Virus record (IMG/VR): IMGVR_UViG_3300033146_001382
Span: 1 to 64,000 of that record
Strand: one strand, 5' to 3'
DNA: 64,000 nt
Origin: a virus
Below are positions 17,724 through 27,036 of this stretch, in pieces. Each line of letters opens with the position of its first letter. The stretch's first letter is position 1. A model generated the notes under the pieces. That model was given only the letters and a program-made list of their open reading frames with translations. It ran no database searches and was not told the DNA's origin. The position numbers and the translations under genes were made by a program.

Positions 17724-18294
17724 AAATTTTTGTATAATACCAGAAAATGCTATAGAAGAAGAATTTATAGAACATGAAATAAAATTTCTAATAGATGTGT
17801 CTATACATAAACAACATGAAATAAAAGACAAAGATACATATATTAAAATAGTTAAAAATAGATTTATAGATTGGTTAAATAAGGATTCAAAAATGAATGA
17901 AGTAAAACAAGTAATAGTAATACGTAAAGATTTAAAAATGCGTAAAGGTAAAGCTATAGCTCAAGGTGCTCACGCTGCTATGAAAGTAATACTAGACAAA
18001 ACTATAAAAACTGAAGATTCTACTAGTCAATATTTAAAATTAAACTTACTAAAAAATGACCCTATGTTTAAATGGCTTAATGGTAGTTTTACAAAAATAG
18101 TAGTAGGTGTAGATTCATTAGGGGAATTAGAAAAGATAGAGTCAAAAGCTATGGAACTAGGTATTATGTGTGCTAAAATAATAGATGAAGGTAGAACAGA
18201 ATTTAAGAATAAAAAAACTATTACAGCTTTAGCAGTAGGGCCTGAATGGTCGGAAAAATTAGACCCAATAACAAGCAATCTTAAGTTAATATAA
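17704..18294 (+). CDS. pth2: Peptidyl-tRNA hydrolase, Pth2 type, with N-terminal extension
   Basis: KQVIVIRKDLKMRKGKAIAQGAHA...DEGRTEF...TALAVGP. Confidence 0.9.
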   Translation: MKLVIYKNFCIIPENAIEEEFIEHEIKFLIDVSIHKQHEIKDKDTYIKIVKNRFIDWLNKDSKMNEVKQVIVIRKDLKMRKGKAIAQGAHAAMKVILDKTIKTEDSTSQYLKLNLLKNDPMFKWLNGSFTKIVVGVDSLGELEKIESKAMELGIMCAKIIDEGRTEFKNKKTITALAVGPEWSEKLDPITSNLKLI

Positions 18295-18305
18295 GGAATA
18301 ATATT

Positions 18306-18545
18306 ATGCCATATATAAGTAAACAGAGAAAAGAAACTATAATAGAGCCAAAAAATAGCGGAGAATTAAATTATATGGTTACTAAATTACTAATAACATA
18401 TTTAAAAAATAATAAAATTAATTACCAAGTATGTAACGATATAGTAGGGGCTCTAGACAATGCTAAGGATGAATTTAGACGTAGAATACAACATCCTTAT
18501 GAAAATAATAAAATAAAAGAAAATGGTGATGTGTATGAGAAATGA
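18306..18545 (+). CDS. DUF6899-like phage protein
   Basis: MPYI...GELNY...N.IVGALDNAKDEFRRR...PYE..KI.ENGDVY. Confidence 0.65.
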   Translation: MPYISKQRKETIIEPKNSGELNYMVTKLLITYLKNNKINYQVCNDIVGALDNAKDEFRRRIQHPYENNKIKENGDVYEK

Positions 18546-18714
18546 TTTTTTAACAGATACAGAAGTAATGGAAGAACGCCTAGCAGTACTGAAAAGTTTA
18601 GACCATCCTAATGATTATTTTGAAGCCAGTAAAATAAGAGGAGAAATAAAATATATTGAAAACATGTTAAGTGCTGCAGCATTTTCCACATTTAATGACT
18701 ACCCTTTACTATAA
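18523..18714 (+). CDS. Hypothetical protein
   Basis: ORF track; overlaps neighbours. Confidence 0.45.
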   Translation: MVMCMRNDFLTDTEVMEERLAVLKSLDHPNDYFEASKIRGEIKYIENMLSAAAFSTFNDYPLL

Positions 18715-18736
18715 TATAATTAAAAAGGAAGTAACT

Positions 18737-19222
18737 ATGAGAGACAAAATCTACATGATTGGCCAAATAAGTGTTAATGAGCCTGAAACTTACAATTGGC
18801 GACAACGAGTAAAACAAACTTTTATGGATAGTAGGCAATTTTATTTTATCGACCCTTGTAATAATGAGTTTAATAAATCTGTGCAAGCAGAATATGGTGA
18901 TGGCTCTGACCCAGACAGAACTAAGGTATACACTACTGAAGGTATTAATCTCTTAGTGCCAAAAGATAAAATGTATGTTATGAAGTCCACGGGGGCCATA
19001 GCTAACATGAATCACTATGATACAGAAAAACCTATGATAGGTACAATGTTTGAACTAGCTTGGTATCATGATAATAATCATAAAGCTGTTATTGGTATAT
19101 TTAAAGGTGATCGTACTAAAGATAAATACTGTAATCATCCATTTGTATCAAGTGTAGTAAATTGCTGGGTACAAGATGAAGAAGAAGCATGCCGCGTACT
19201 TGAAAAGTATTTTAGTATTTAA
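18737..19222 (+). CDS. Nucleoside 2-deoxyribosyltransferase-like protein
   Basis: IYMIGQI...WR...FIDP...IGTMFELAW; start reassigned to ATG after AAGGA. Confidence 0.7.
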   Translation: MRDKIYMIGQISVNEPETYNWRQRVKQTFMDSRQFYFIDPCNNEFNKSVQAEYGDGSDPDRTKVYTTEGINLLVPKDKMYVMKSTGAIANMNHYDTEKPMIGTMFELAWYHDNNHKAVIGIFKGDRTKDKYCNHPFVSSVVNCWVQDEEEACRVLEKYFSI

Positions 19223-19233
19223 AAGGAGATAAT

Positions 19234-19419
19234 ATGGAAAAAGTTATAGAAGTAGAAAATAAACAGTCTGAGGGTGCAAAAATAAATCTAACTATTGACT
19301 TAGCACCAGAGGATTGTTATGTTATGTGTAAACAATTATTTGATAAATTAAAAATAAAAGAAAAAGATGAAATAGTTAATTCATATTTTGAAGCTAAAAA
19401 AGTACCAAGACAACTATAA
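19234..19419 (+). CDS. Hypothetical protein
   Basis: AAGGAG RBS. Confidence 0.55.
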   Translation: MEKVIEVENKQSEGAKINLTIDLAPEDCYVMCKQLFDKLKIKEKDEIVNSYFEAKKVPRQL

Positions 19420-19427
19420 ATAGTAAG

Positions 19428-19466
19428 TTTAACTAACCTTCTAATTAGTATGGAAGGTTAGTTAAA
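19428..19466 (+). promoter_or_regulatory. 14-bp perfect hairpin containing TTAACTAACC motif
   Basis: tttaactaaccttc / gaaggttagttaaa. Confidence 0.6.
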
Positions 19467-19538
19467 TTAGTATAGAAAGGAGGTAGGAAGAAACCAAACT
19501 GAATTTTTAAACTAAAACTTATTAAGGGAGACTACTGA

Positions 19539-20891
19539 ATGGTTGAGATTTTAGAATGGGATGGTAAATTGGAAGATAAAGTAGTTATAGACACTAATTT
19601 ACTTCTAGATGATTCAAAGATTTTATTTAAATTAACAAAAAAGTATAGACAAATTGTAATACCAATTACTGTACTACAAGAATTAGATAAACATAAGTTT
19701 AAACAAGGTACTTCTTATAGCGCTAGACAAGCAATAAGAGCACTTATAGATTTTAAATCAAAGTATAGAGATAGAATATTATTTGATATTTCTAGTATTG
19801 ATTTAAATAAGTTAGATACTAATGATCTAAAAATAATTAAATGTGCTAAAGATAGTAATTCAACGCTTGCAACTAAAGATATGTCTATGGACATAATAGC
19901 AGAAGCACTTGAAGTAAAGACTAAATTATATGATGTAGTATTAAATAATATTTTTAATCCTTATGTGTACATAGAACAGTATAAACTATTTAATGTTAAT
20001 ACTGAGGGCGTATTTGGATATGGTAGATATTTTGAAGGTGCAGACTACAATAAAGTATATAATTTATTTAATACTGCTAGTGATAGACCACTTATAAGAG
20101 ATTCATGGTTTTTTGTAATTATAAATACACCAACTAGTAACCCTACAGTCTATGCACATAATCCGATTAGAAAGTTATTTGTAAAAATAGACGATGAGCC
20201 TACATACAGAAGTATAAAAGGTAAAAAAGGAGAACATATTAAAGCTAGGGATATTTATCAAACATGCGCAATATATGCACTAAAAGAAGCACAACATGTG
20301 TTGATAACTGGTAAATGGGGCTCTGGTAAAACACTATTAGCTACAGCACAATCACTAGCTAATGAGGATAAAAAAGTATTTGTAACTAGAGCACCTATAG
20401 GCTTGAATTCTAAGTATGATATAGGATTTATTCCTGGTGATAGAGTTGAAAAAATGCAAGATTGGTTAGGTGGTTTTATGAGTGCCTTATATTTTCTTTA
20501 TGGCAATACTAAAGGCCAGGTAGGGGAAGGCAATAAAGGTTATGATTATGTCAAAGAAGTTCTTTTCAGAGAAAAATTAGAACCTATTGCAATTAACTCT
20601 ATACAAGGGCTTTCATTACTAGATCATGATACTTTAATAGTAGATGAAGTACAACTCATCACTGTGGACTATATTAGTATGATTTTGAGCCGTCCGTCAG
20701 AATCTGGTAGGTTAGTACTCTTAGGTGACTTAGGTCAAACATATGACGTAGTAAAGCCCTCAGAATCGGGTTTATTAAAACTATTAAGGATACTACCACA
20801 TAGGTCTATAGCATACGTAGATTTACAAAATTCGTATAGAAGTGATATTTTAGAAGTTGCAGAGCTTTTACAGGATAAAACAATAGGATAA
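19539..20891 (+). CDS. phoH: PIN-domain PhoH-family ATPase
   Basis: VIDTNLLL PIN; GKWGSGKT; IVDEVQL; LLGDLGQ; YRS. Confidence 0.9.
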   Translation: MVEILEWDGKLEDKVVIDTNLLLDDSKILFKLTKKYRQIVIPITVLQELDKHKFKQGTSYSARQAIRALIDFKSKYRDRILFDISSIDLNKLDTNDLKIIKCAKDSNSTLATKDMSMDIIAEALEVKTKLYDVVLNNIFNPYVYIEQYKLFNVNTEGVFGYGRYFEGADYNKVYNLFNTASDRPLIRDSWFFVIINTPTSNPTVYAHNPIRKLFVKIDDEPTYRSIKGKKGEHIKARDIYQTCAIYALKEAQHVLITGKWGSGKTLLATAQSLANEDKKVFVTRAPIGLNSKYDIGFIPGDRVEKMQDWLGGFMSALYFLYGNTKGQVGEGNKGYDYVKEVLFREKLEPIAINSIQGLSLLDHDTLIVDEVQLITVDYISMILSRPSESGRLVLLGDLGQTYDVVKPSESGLLKLLRILPHRSIAYVDLQNSYRSDILEVAELLQDKTIG

Positions 20892-20907
20892 AAATAGGAT
20901 AAAAAAA

Positions 20908-21480
20908 ATGAACACAAAACCATTAGTTATAAACCTATTAGGTGGTCCAGGTAATTTAAAATCAGCCACGGCCGCTGGGATATTCTCGTTATTAAAATTA
21001 CATTATATAAATTGTGAATTGGTTACAGAGTTTCCTAAAGATTTGACATGGGAAGAAAATTGGAAAGTCTTAGCTATGCAAGGACTAGTATTCTCAGAAC
21101 AAAATAGACGATTAGCCAGAATAACTCACGATGTAGATGTTATTGTTACTGATACATCTTTATTATTTTCACTACTTTATAACAAAGATACTTTAACTAC
21201 TGAATTTAGTGAATATATAATGAGTGTGTATAATTCTTACAATAATTTAAATGTTAATTTAGTTAGAAATAAACATATCATGTATGAAGAGTTTGGTAGA
21301 AAAGAATCTAAAAACGAATCTATGCAGATAGATGTTAATATAAAGTCAATACTAAATAAATATAAACTAGACTATATAGAATTTAATACTGGAATAAATA
21401 CTATTAATGAAATAGTAGCACTAATTCTTAATAAATTTAGTAAAAAAATTAAATACACACTAAAGGAAGTGCAGACATAA
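20908..21480 (+). CDS. NadR/AAA_28-type P-loop kinase/ATPase
   Basis: INLLGGPGNLKS...EFPKDLTWE...VIVTDTSLL. Confidence 0.8.
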   Translation: MNTKPLVINLLGGPGNLKSATAAGIFSLLKLHYINCELVTEFPKDLTWEENWKVLAMQGLVFSEQNRRLARITHDVDVIVTDTSLLFSLLYNKDTLTTEFSEYIMSVYNSYNNLNVNLVRNKHIMYEEFGRKESKNESMQIDVNIKSILNKYKLDYIEFNTGINTINEIVALILNKFSKKIKYTLKEVQT

Positions 21481-21654
21481 ATGGATAATGGATATAAATA
21501 TTTAATTGAGCAGGTGGATAAAAAATTTTTAAAGGAAAATAAAATATCTAAAGACGATATTGTATTGTTATTTGATGTAATAAATGCATTAGAGGACCAA
21601 GTAAAATTATACAAAACAATTATTAGAGAAGGTAGACATATTACAATAGAGTAG
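21481..21654 (+). CDS. 57-aa hypothetical protein, absent from ORF track
   Basis: Manual translation MDNGYKYLIEQ... Confidence 0.5.
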   Translation: MDNGYKYLIEQVDKKFLKENKISKDDIVLLFDVINALEDQVKLYKTIIREGRHITIE

Positions 21655-21743
21655 CAAATGATTTTTAATAGTTAGTATAATAGTAGCCACCTTATCAGTA
21701 TATATTTGAGTGGCTATTATTATATTTAATTGTATCTAAGGAG

Positions 21744-21977
21744 GTGATTAAAATTAAACTAAAAAATTGGGGGTACTCAGAAAAAAAATTACTGAAAGAG
21801 AACTATGATAAACTAACCATTAAAGAGTTAGAACAGTTATTTCCAAAAAGATCTAGGGAGTCTATCAATAATAAAATAAAAAGACTTAAAAGATCAGGAG
21901 AACTAACAGAAGGAAAAGATAAAGATACCATCAAAAGATCATATGACCAACGAGGTATTGAAATAGATAAATTTTAG
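21744..21977 (+). CDS. Myb/SANT-like HTH protein
   Basis: W..SE.KLLKENY...F..RS..SI.NKIKRL. Confidence 0.6.
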   Translation: MIKIKLKNWGYSEKKLLKENYDKLTIKELEQLFPKRSRESINNKIKRLKRSGELTEGKDKDTIKRSYDQRGIEIDKF

Positions 21978-21990
21978 TAAAGGAGTTTAT

Positions 21991-22263
21991 ATGGAAAATA
22001 TTGTTAACCCTTTAGAAGCTATATATAAATCTAAATGTTTTACATGTAAGTACAGATTAAGTAGAGTAGTAGAACCAGTAACACAAGAAGATAGAGAATA
22101 TTATTTAGAATTTATGGACATAGACATAGGAGAAAATTACGATTTACATATAGAACAACATAAGTGTCTAATGACTGATGAGGATCTTGATGGTATAATA
22201 TTAAAATGTAATCAGTATAAAATGGTGCATGATTTTAAATTAATACGGGAGTATAAATTTTGA
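21991..22263 (+). CDS. Small Cys-containing hypothetical protein
   Basis: CxxC...C...C; AAGGAG RBS. Confidence 0.6.
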   Translation: MENIVNPLEAIYKSKCFTCKYRLSRVVEPVTQEDREYYLEFMDIDIGENYDLHIEQHKCLMTDEDLDGIILKCNQYKMVHDFKLIREYKF

Positions 22264-22457
22264 AGAAAAATAAAAGTAATAAAAAATTTCCTACCATGTT
22301 TCAATTTGTAGCTGAGCAGAATAGACTAGAACGTACTGGTGGTTTACCTTCAAACCATCCAAATGGAGGTATTGAGCCGTATGATGTACCTCTGACACCA
22401 AGAGAACGTGACTTCTTTAAAAGACGGCTAGAAGAAGCTTTAAAAGGACTAGAATAA
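22260..22457 (+). CDS. Hypothetical protein
   Basis: TTG start overlapping upstream stop. Confidence 0.5.
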   Translation: MKKNKSNKKFPTMFQFVAEQNRLERTGGLPSNHPNGGIEPYDVPLTPRERDFFKRRLEEALKGLE

Positions 22458-22473
22458 GGACTAAAAAAGAATT

Positions 22474-23040
22474 ATGGATGTAAAAAATAATAGATTTCAC
22501 ATGGATTTTGACAGACATGTCATAGATTTAACTAAAAAGAACTCAGCAGAAAGAATAGCCTCCAATAAAATTTATAATTGTAGTGCTTATAACTTATTTA
22601 GAACACTAATAGTTAATGTAGTAAGAGGGGGATGGCAAGATCATAACGGTTACCCATTAAAAAGTAAATTCTTTGAAAAAGGTAAATTAGCTTGTAGTAT
22701 ATCTACAAGAAAATTAGCTAGAATGGTAGGCCAGAGCGACCAACTGATTCAAAAAAATATAAAACTACTTAAACAAGTGAAATGGTTGGAAACTTCTAAT
22801 CAGTATATGGCAAAAAAGCAAACTACTTTTGTACTAGGATATTGGATAGAGTATTCGGACACAAAAGGAAAAATTAAGTACAAAGAAACTTGGTATAAAG
22901 ACGAAGTTCTAGATAATGTACGGCTCCTTAATTATAGTAAAATTGAAAAATCAATAGAAGAAGAAGTAGCTATTTTTGAAGAAGAAACATTAGATTTTGA
23001 CGATATTTACTTTAATAATTGCTCAAATTATTTTAAATAG
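22474..23040 (+). CDS. Winged-HTH DNA-binding protein, replication-initiator-like
   Basis: SISTRKLARMVGQSDQLIQKNIKLLKQVKWLET helix-turn-helix-wing pattern. Confidence 0.55.
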   Translation: MDVKNNRFHMDFDRHVIDLTKKNSAERIASNKIYNCSAYNLFRTLIVNVVRGGWQDHNGYPLKSKFFEKGKLACSISTRKLARMVGQSDQLIQKNIKLLKQVKWLETSNQYMAKKQTTFVLGYWIEYSDTKGKIKYKETWYKDEVLDNVRLLNYSKIEKSIEEEVAIFEEETLDFDDIYFNNCSNYFK

Positions 23041-23083
23041 ACCGTAGTGAAATTCACTACAGTACCGTAGTGAAATTCACTAC
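23041..23083. repeat. Two 20-bp direct repeats (23-bp period), each with a 17-bp palindrome GTAGTGAA-A-TTCACTAC
   Basis: 23041-23060 = 23064-23083; AT-rich tract follows. Confidence 0.9.
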
Positions 23084-23224
23084 ATATAATATATAAGAAT
23101 AAAATACTAGATTAATTATTACTACTAGTGTTAATTAAATAAGTATTAATAATTTTTTTTAAAAAATTATATTTAAAATAAAACTTACGCAAAAAACTAA
23201 AACATAACTAGAAAAAGAAATACT

Positions 23225-23440
23225 ATGGAAACTTTAACGATACACACTGCTAAAAAAACTATGCACTTAAAAGATTCAAATGCTTGCGTCAGTTTTGTAA
23301 GTACAATTTGGAGAGATAAGCCAGTTTTAATTATGTTTAATAACCTAACTAATAAAATTATTGAAATATATTTTAATCCAGTATGTCAGGACGGTGATGA
23401 AGAGCTGCTAGAATCTTTAGTAATCTCATTTTTAATGTAA
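23225..23440 (+). CDS. Hypothetical protein
   Basis: ORF track. Confidence 0.5.
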   Translation: METLTIHTAKKTMHLKDSNACVSFVSTIWRDKPVLIMFNNLTNKIIEIYFNPVCQDGDEELLESLVISFLM

Positions 23441-23447
23441 TATTGCA

Positions 23448-23475
23448 TTGACAACTGAACTTTGATGCATATATT
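23448..23475 (+). promoter_or_regulatory. Promoter TTGACA-N16-TATATT upstream of clpP
   Basis: Same spacing as other copies. Confidence 0.55.
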
Positions 23476-23523
23476 ATATATAACGGACGAAGAAATATTT
23501 AATTAAAAAAAAAGGAATTACAC

Positions 23524-24105
23524 ATGGTACCATACGTTATTGAAACAGGCAAGAATGACCAAGAAAAAGTATATGATATTTATTCAAGACTTCTTAAAGA
23601 CAGAATTATATTTATTAGAGGGGAATTTAACCCAGAATTAGCAGATGCTGTAACTGCACAATTACTGTTTCTAGAATCAGCTGACCCTGAGAAAGATATT
23701 TTTATGTATATAAACAGTCCTGGTGGCCATATAGACGCTATGTATAGTATTTATGATACTATGAACTACATAAAACCAGATATATGCACACTAGCCTATG
23801 GACAGGCTTGTTCTGCAGGTTCTTTTATTTTAGCTGCTGGTACTAAAGGAAAAAGATTTGCTTTACCTAATTGTGATATTATGATTCATGAGTTATCAGG
23901 CGGAAGCCAGGGTAAGTTTCATGATATGGAGATAAGTTTTAATAGAAGTAAATCTCTGTATGAGAAAATGGCTAAGCATTATGTAGATTTTACAGGACAG
24001 AAATTAGTTAAAATAAAAAAAGATATGAAAAGAGATCACTATATTAGTTCAGAAGATGCAGTAAAATACGGACTTATAGATAAAGTCCAAACTACAAGAG
24101 GCTAG
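23524..24105 (+). CDS. clpP: ClpP protease subunit
   Basis: YDIYSRLLKDRIIF, YINSPGG, ACSAGS, MIHEL, RDHY; triad intact. Confidence 0.97.
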   Translation: MVPYVIETGKNDQEKVYDIYSRLLKDRIIFIRGEFNPELADAVTAQLLFLESADPEKDIFMYINSPGGHIDAMYSIYDTMNYIKPDICTLAYGQACSAGSFILAAGTKGKRFALPNCDIMIHELSGGSQGKFHDMEISFNRSKSLYEKMAKHYVDFTGQKLVKIKKDMKRDHYISSEDAVKYGLIDKVQTTRG

Positions 24106-24106
24106 T

Positions 24107-24712
24107 ATGATTACGTATAATAAAATATATGAAAAAAAAGATGGCAGGAAATTAGTTGCTACAGGTCCTAGGAATTTACAGAATAGACAGCAGTTACAGA
24201 GTACTGAAGTAGTTAGTACTAACTCTGGTATTGTAGAAGGATTAAAAGATGAGTTAAAACATATAGCTTCTACAATTGGTTATACTAAAGATCAGGCTAC
24301 AGAAATGCTTAACACTGCTATTGAAGAAGTATCAATAGACCTTGAAAAAAAATATATTTTTGAAATTGACACTTTGAAAAAATCAGTGTCAGATAGTATT
24401 AATACTATTAATGAGCTTAAAGCTATTAATTCAGCTTTGCAAGTTAGAATTGATAAAAAAGATGACGTAATACTAGAATTAACTTCTAAATTAAGTTCAC
24501 CTACTAGGGAAGTTGTCTATGAGAGCGATTCAAGTAGTACTAGTGATAGACCGTCTATTGATAATATAATAATAGACCCTACAGAAAGAGGTGCAGGTGC
24601 AAAAATGGAATCACACCTTACAGTTAAAGAAGTCAAGTCTATGAAGCCAAAACTTGCTTCAAATATAAATAAATTAAAAGAATTAATGGGTGGATTACCG
24701 AAAATAAAATAG
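24107..24712 (+). CDS. Coiled-coil protein
   Basis: Central heptad stretch; coupled to clpP and actin. Confidence 0.7.
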   Translation: MITYNKIYEKKDGRKLVATGPRNLQNRQQLQSTEVVSTNSGIVEGLKDELKHIASTIGYTKDQATEMLNTAIEEVSIDLEKKYIFEIDTLKKSVSDSINTINELKAINSALQVRIDKKDDVILELTSKLSSPTREVVYESDSSSTSDRPSIDNIIIDPTERGAGAKMESHLTVKEVKSMKPKLASNINKLKELMGGLPKIK

Positions 24713-24721
24713 GAGCAAATT

Positions 24722-25888
24722 ATGACTGATAAAAATTTTAATAAAACTAGTGGGCCACAAGATAGAGTACCTAAGGTTAAGAATAAACATGAAAGTATGG
24801 ATGAATCTACAATTGAGAAGGAAAGACCAAAAATTGAAGACCCCATGCCTATTAAAGAAACTGTTGTAGAGTCAGAGCCTACAGTGGTAACACCAATACA
24901 TAAAGGGCTAGATATAGGAACTAATATGTTAGTAGCTAGCAGTATGGATGCTGATGGAGATACTTCATTTAAAATGCAACGTGATGCATTTTATAGGATA
25001 GAACCAAAGTCGGAAGTAAATAAAAATAGCATTAGAATGTCTCTAGATAAGCGACAAGCTAGTTACATTATTGATAATGATGAGTCATTCATAGTAGTAG
25101 GTGAAGATGCCCTAGAAATAGCCATAGAGAGGCATGATAAGGCGGAAAGACCTCTTCAGCGAGGAGTCATTTCCCCCCAAAATAAAAAATCACTTCCTAT
25201 ATTAAAACATATTGTTAAAGACTTGCTAGGTGAAGCAATTCCAGGCTCAAAGGTGGTATATTCTGTACCTGCTGCCCCAACCGATACTGATTTCGATATT
25301 GTATATCATACTGAAATAATGGGTATGTATTTAAAAGAGTTAGGTTACACATCTGCTCCTATAAATGAAGCCTTTGCTATTGCACTATCTGAATTGTTAG
25401 ATGAGGGGTTGACAGGTGTATGTTTATCTTATGGAGCTGGTATGACTAATGTAGCTGTAATTCATCAGGGTGACCCTTTAGTTGAGTTTAGTTTAACAAG
25501 GTCAGGAGATTACATAGATCAATCAGTAGGTAGAGCTTTAGATATATCACCGAGCCTGGTTCAGCAAGAGAAAGAAGCCGGTATAGATTTAAATTCACCT
25601 AATGGTGAGATAGTAGAGGCTATATCTGTATATTATAGTGCAGTAATTAAGTACACTCTAGAGAACATAGCATATGAATTGAGTAAGCGTAAAAAAGATC
25701 TACCTATTTTTAGAGAAGAAGTACCTTTAATAGTATCTGGTGGATTAACACTAGCTAATGGTTTTGTACCAAAGGTTCAGGATACTATAGTTAATTTAGA
25801 CTTCCCTTTAAAAATTGGTACAGTACGTAGAGCTGCAGAGCCTATGACTACAGTAGCACATGGTTGTCTTTTAGCAGCCCATCTTTAA
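24722..25888 (+). CDS. Actin-like ATPase (MamK/Mad28-like) with disordered N-terminus
   Basis: GLDIGT, INEAFA, SYGAGMTNV, VSGGLT, VAHGCL motifs. Confidence 0.85.
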   Translation: MTDKNFNKTSGPQDRVPKVKNKHESMDESTIEKERPKIEDPMPIKETVVESEPTVVTPIHKGLDIGTNMLVASSMDADGDTSFKMQRDAFYRIEPKSEVNKNSIRMSLDKRQASYIIDNDESFIVVGEDALEIAIERHDKAERPLQRGVISPQNKKSLPILKHIVKDLLGEAIPGSKVVYSVPAAPTDTDFDIVYHTEIMGMYLKELGYTSAPINEAFAIALSELLDEGLTGVCLSYGAGMTNVAVIHQGDPLVEFSLTRSGDYIDQSVGRALDISPSLVQQEKEAGIDLNSPNGEIVEAISVYYSAVIKYTLENIAYELSKRKKDLPIFREEVPLIVSGGLTLANGFVPKVQDTIVNLDFPLKIGTVRRAAEPMTTVAHGCLLAAHL

Positions 25889-25949
25889 TTTCATTACTAT
25901 GTATATTTATTAATGTAACCTATTTACCTATAAGAGGGAAATTAAAAAA

Positions 25950-26354
25950 ATGCCATCATTTGGACGTAGATCTAAGAAAAACTTAAGTACAGCACATTTT
26001 GATTTACAATTACTATTTACTAGAGTTGTAAAATATTTTGATTGTAGTGTACTTTGTGGATTTAGGGATAAAGAATCCCAGAATGAAGCTTTTCATTCTG
26101 GACGATCTAAAGTATTATGGCCAAATAGTAAACATAATAGTAAACCTTCCTACGCTATAGATGTAGCCCCTTATTACACTGGGGAAGGGGTCCCATGGGA
26201 TAATAGAGAACGTTTTATTATTTTTGCTGGCTTTGTATTAGGGCTGGCAGCTAGTATGGATATAGAACTTAGATGGGGCGGAGATTGGGATTCGGATAGA
26301 AAGTTAAATGACCAAAGTTTTTTTGATGGTGTACATTTTGAACTTGTGCACTAG
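25950..26354 (+). CDS. Endolysin, M15 L-Ala-D-Glu peptidase
   Basis: SKHN...AIDVAPY...WGGDW...DGVHFEL. Confidence 0.9.
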   Translation: MPSFGRRSKKNLSTAHFDLQLLFTRVVKYFDCSVLCGFRDKESQNEAFHSGRSKVLWPNSKHNSKPSYAIDVAPYYTGEGVPWDNRERFIIFAGFVLGLAASMDIELRWGGDWDSDRKLNDQSFFDGVHFELVH

Positions 26355-26564
26355 ATTTTTTTGGTAATTTATATTATAAATTAATTTTACTTTTAAAGTT
26401 GAAACTTAAAAAGTAATAGTTGAGATCACACAGATTTGTACTTAGAGATAATTTATGCGGCCCTAAGTACTTTACTGAGTGTTGTAAGAAGTGATTCTAG
26501 AGCTTATTCTAGAATTACAGAATTATAGAAATTTATTTTAAAAGATTAGGAGGAAGTAAAGTCA

Positions 26565-26780
26565 ATGAGTCACAGAGTTGAAGGTATTGTAAAATGGTTT
26601 AATGATTCAAGAGGTTATGGGTTTGTGTATGAAAGTGAAGATTTACCTGAAGAATTTTTTGTACACTTTAGTGCTATCGAGATGGATGGTTTTAAGACCC
26701 TTACAGAAGGTCAAAAAGTATCATTTACTTTAGTACAGACAGATAAAGGTGTTCAAGCATCTTCTGTCCAATTACTTTAG
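26565..26780 (+). CDS. csp: Cold-shock protein
   Basis: GIVKWFNDSRGYGF; FVHFSAI; FKTLTEGQKV. Confidence 0.97.
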   Translation: MSHRVEGIVKWFNDSRGYGFVYESEDLPEEFFVHFSAIEMDGFKTLTEGQKVSFTLVQTDKGVQASSVQLL

Positions 26781-27036
26781 TATAATAACTAGATAATAAT
26801 CATCTACCTTAATAAAAAAATAACTTATTTATTTAATTATACATACATATTAAAGGTAGTATAGTTAGTGGTTATGGTAGTTTATAAGAAATTTTAAACG
26901 GTAAAAGAAAGATATTAGTATACTTATTATTATAAAAACTAAAATATGTTGTTCTAAGTATGGGCGCAAATAGAATAGTAGTATTAAACGTTATGGTAAT
27001 TGTACTTTTTATTTTCATTAATTAATATTTTGGTAG

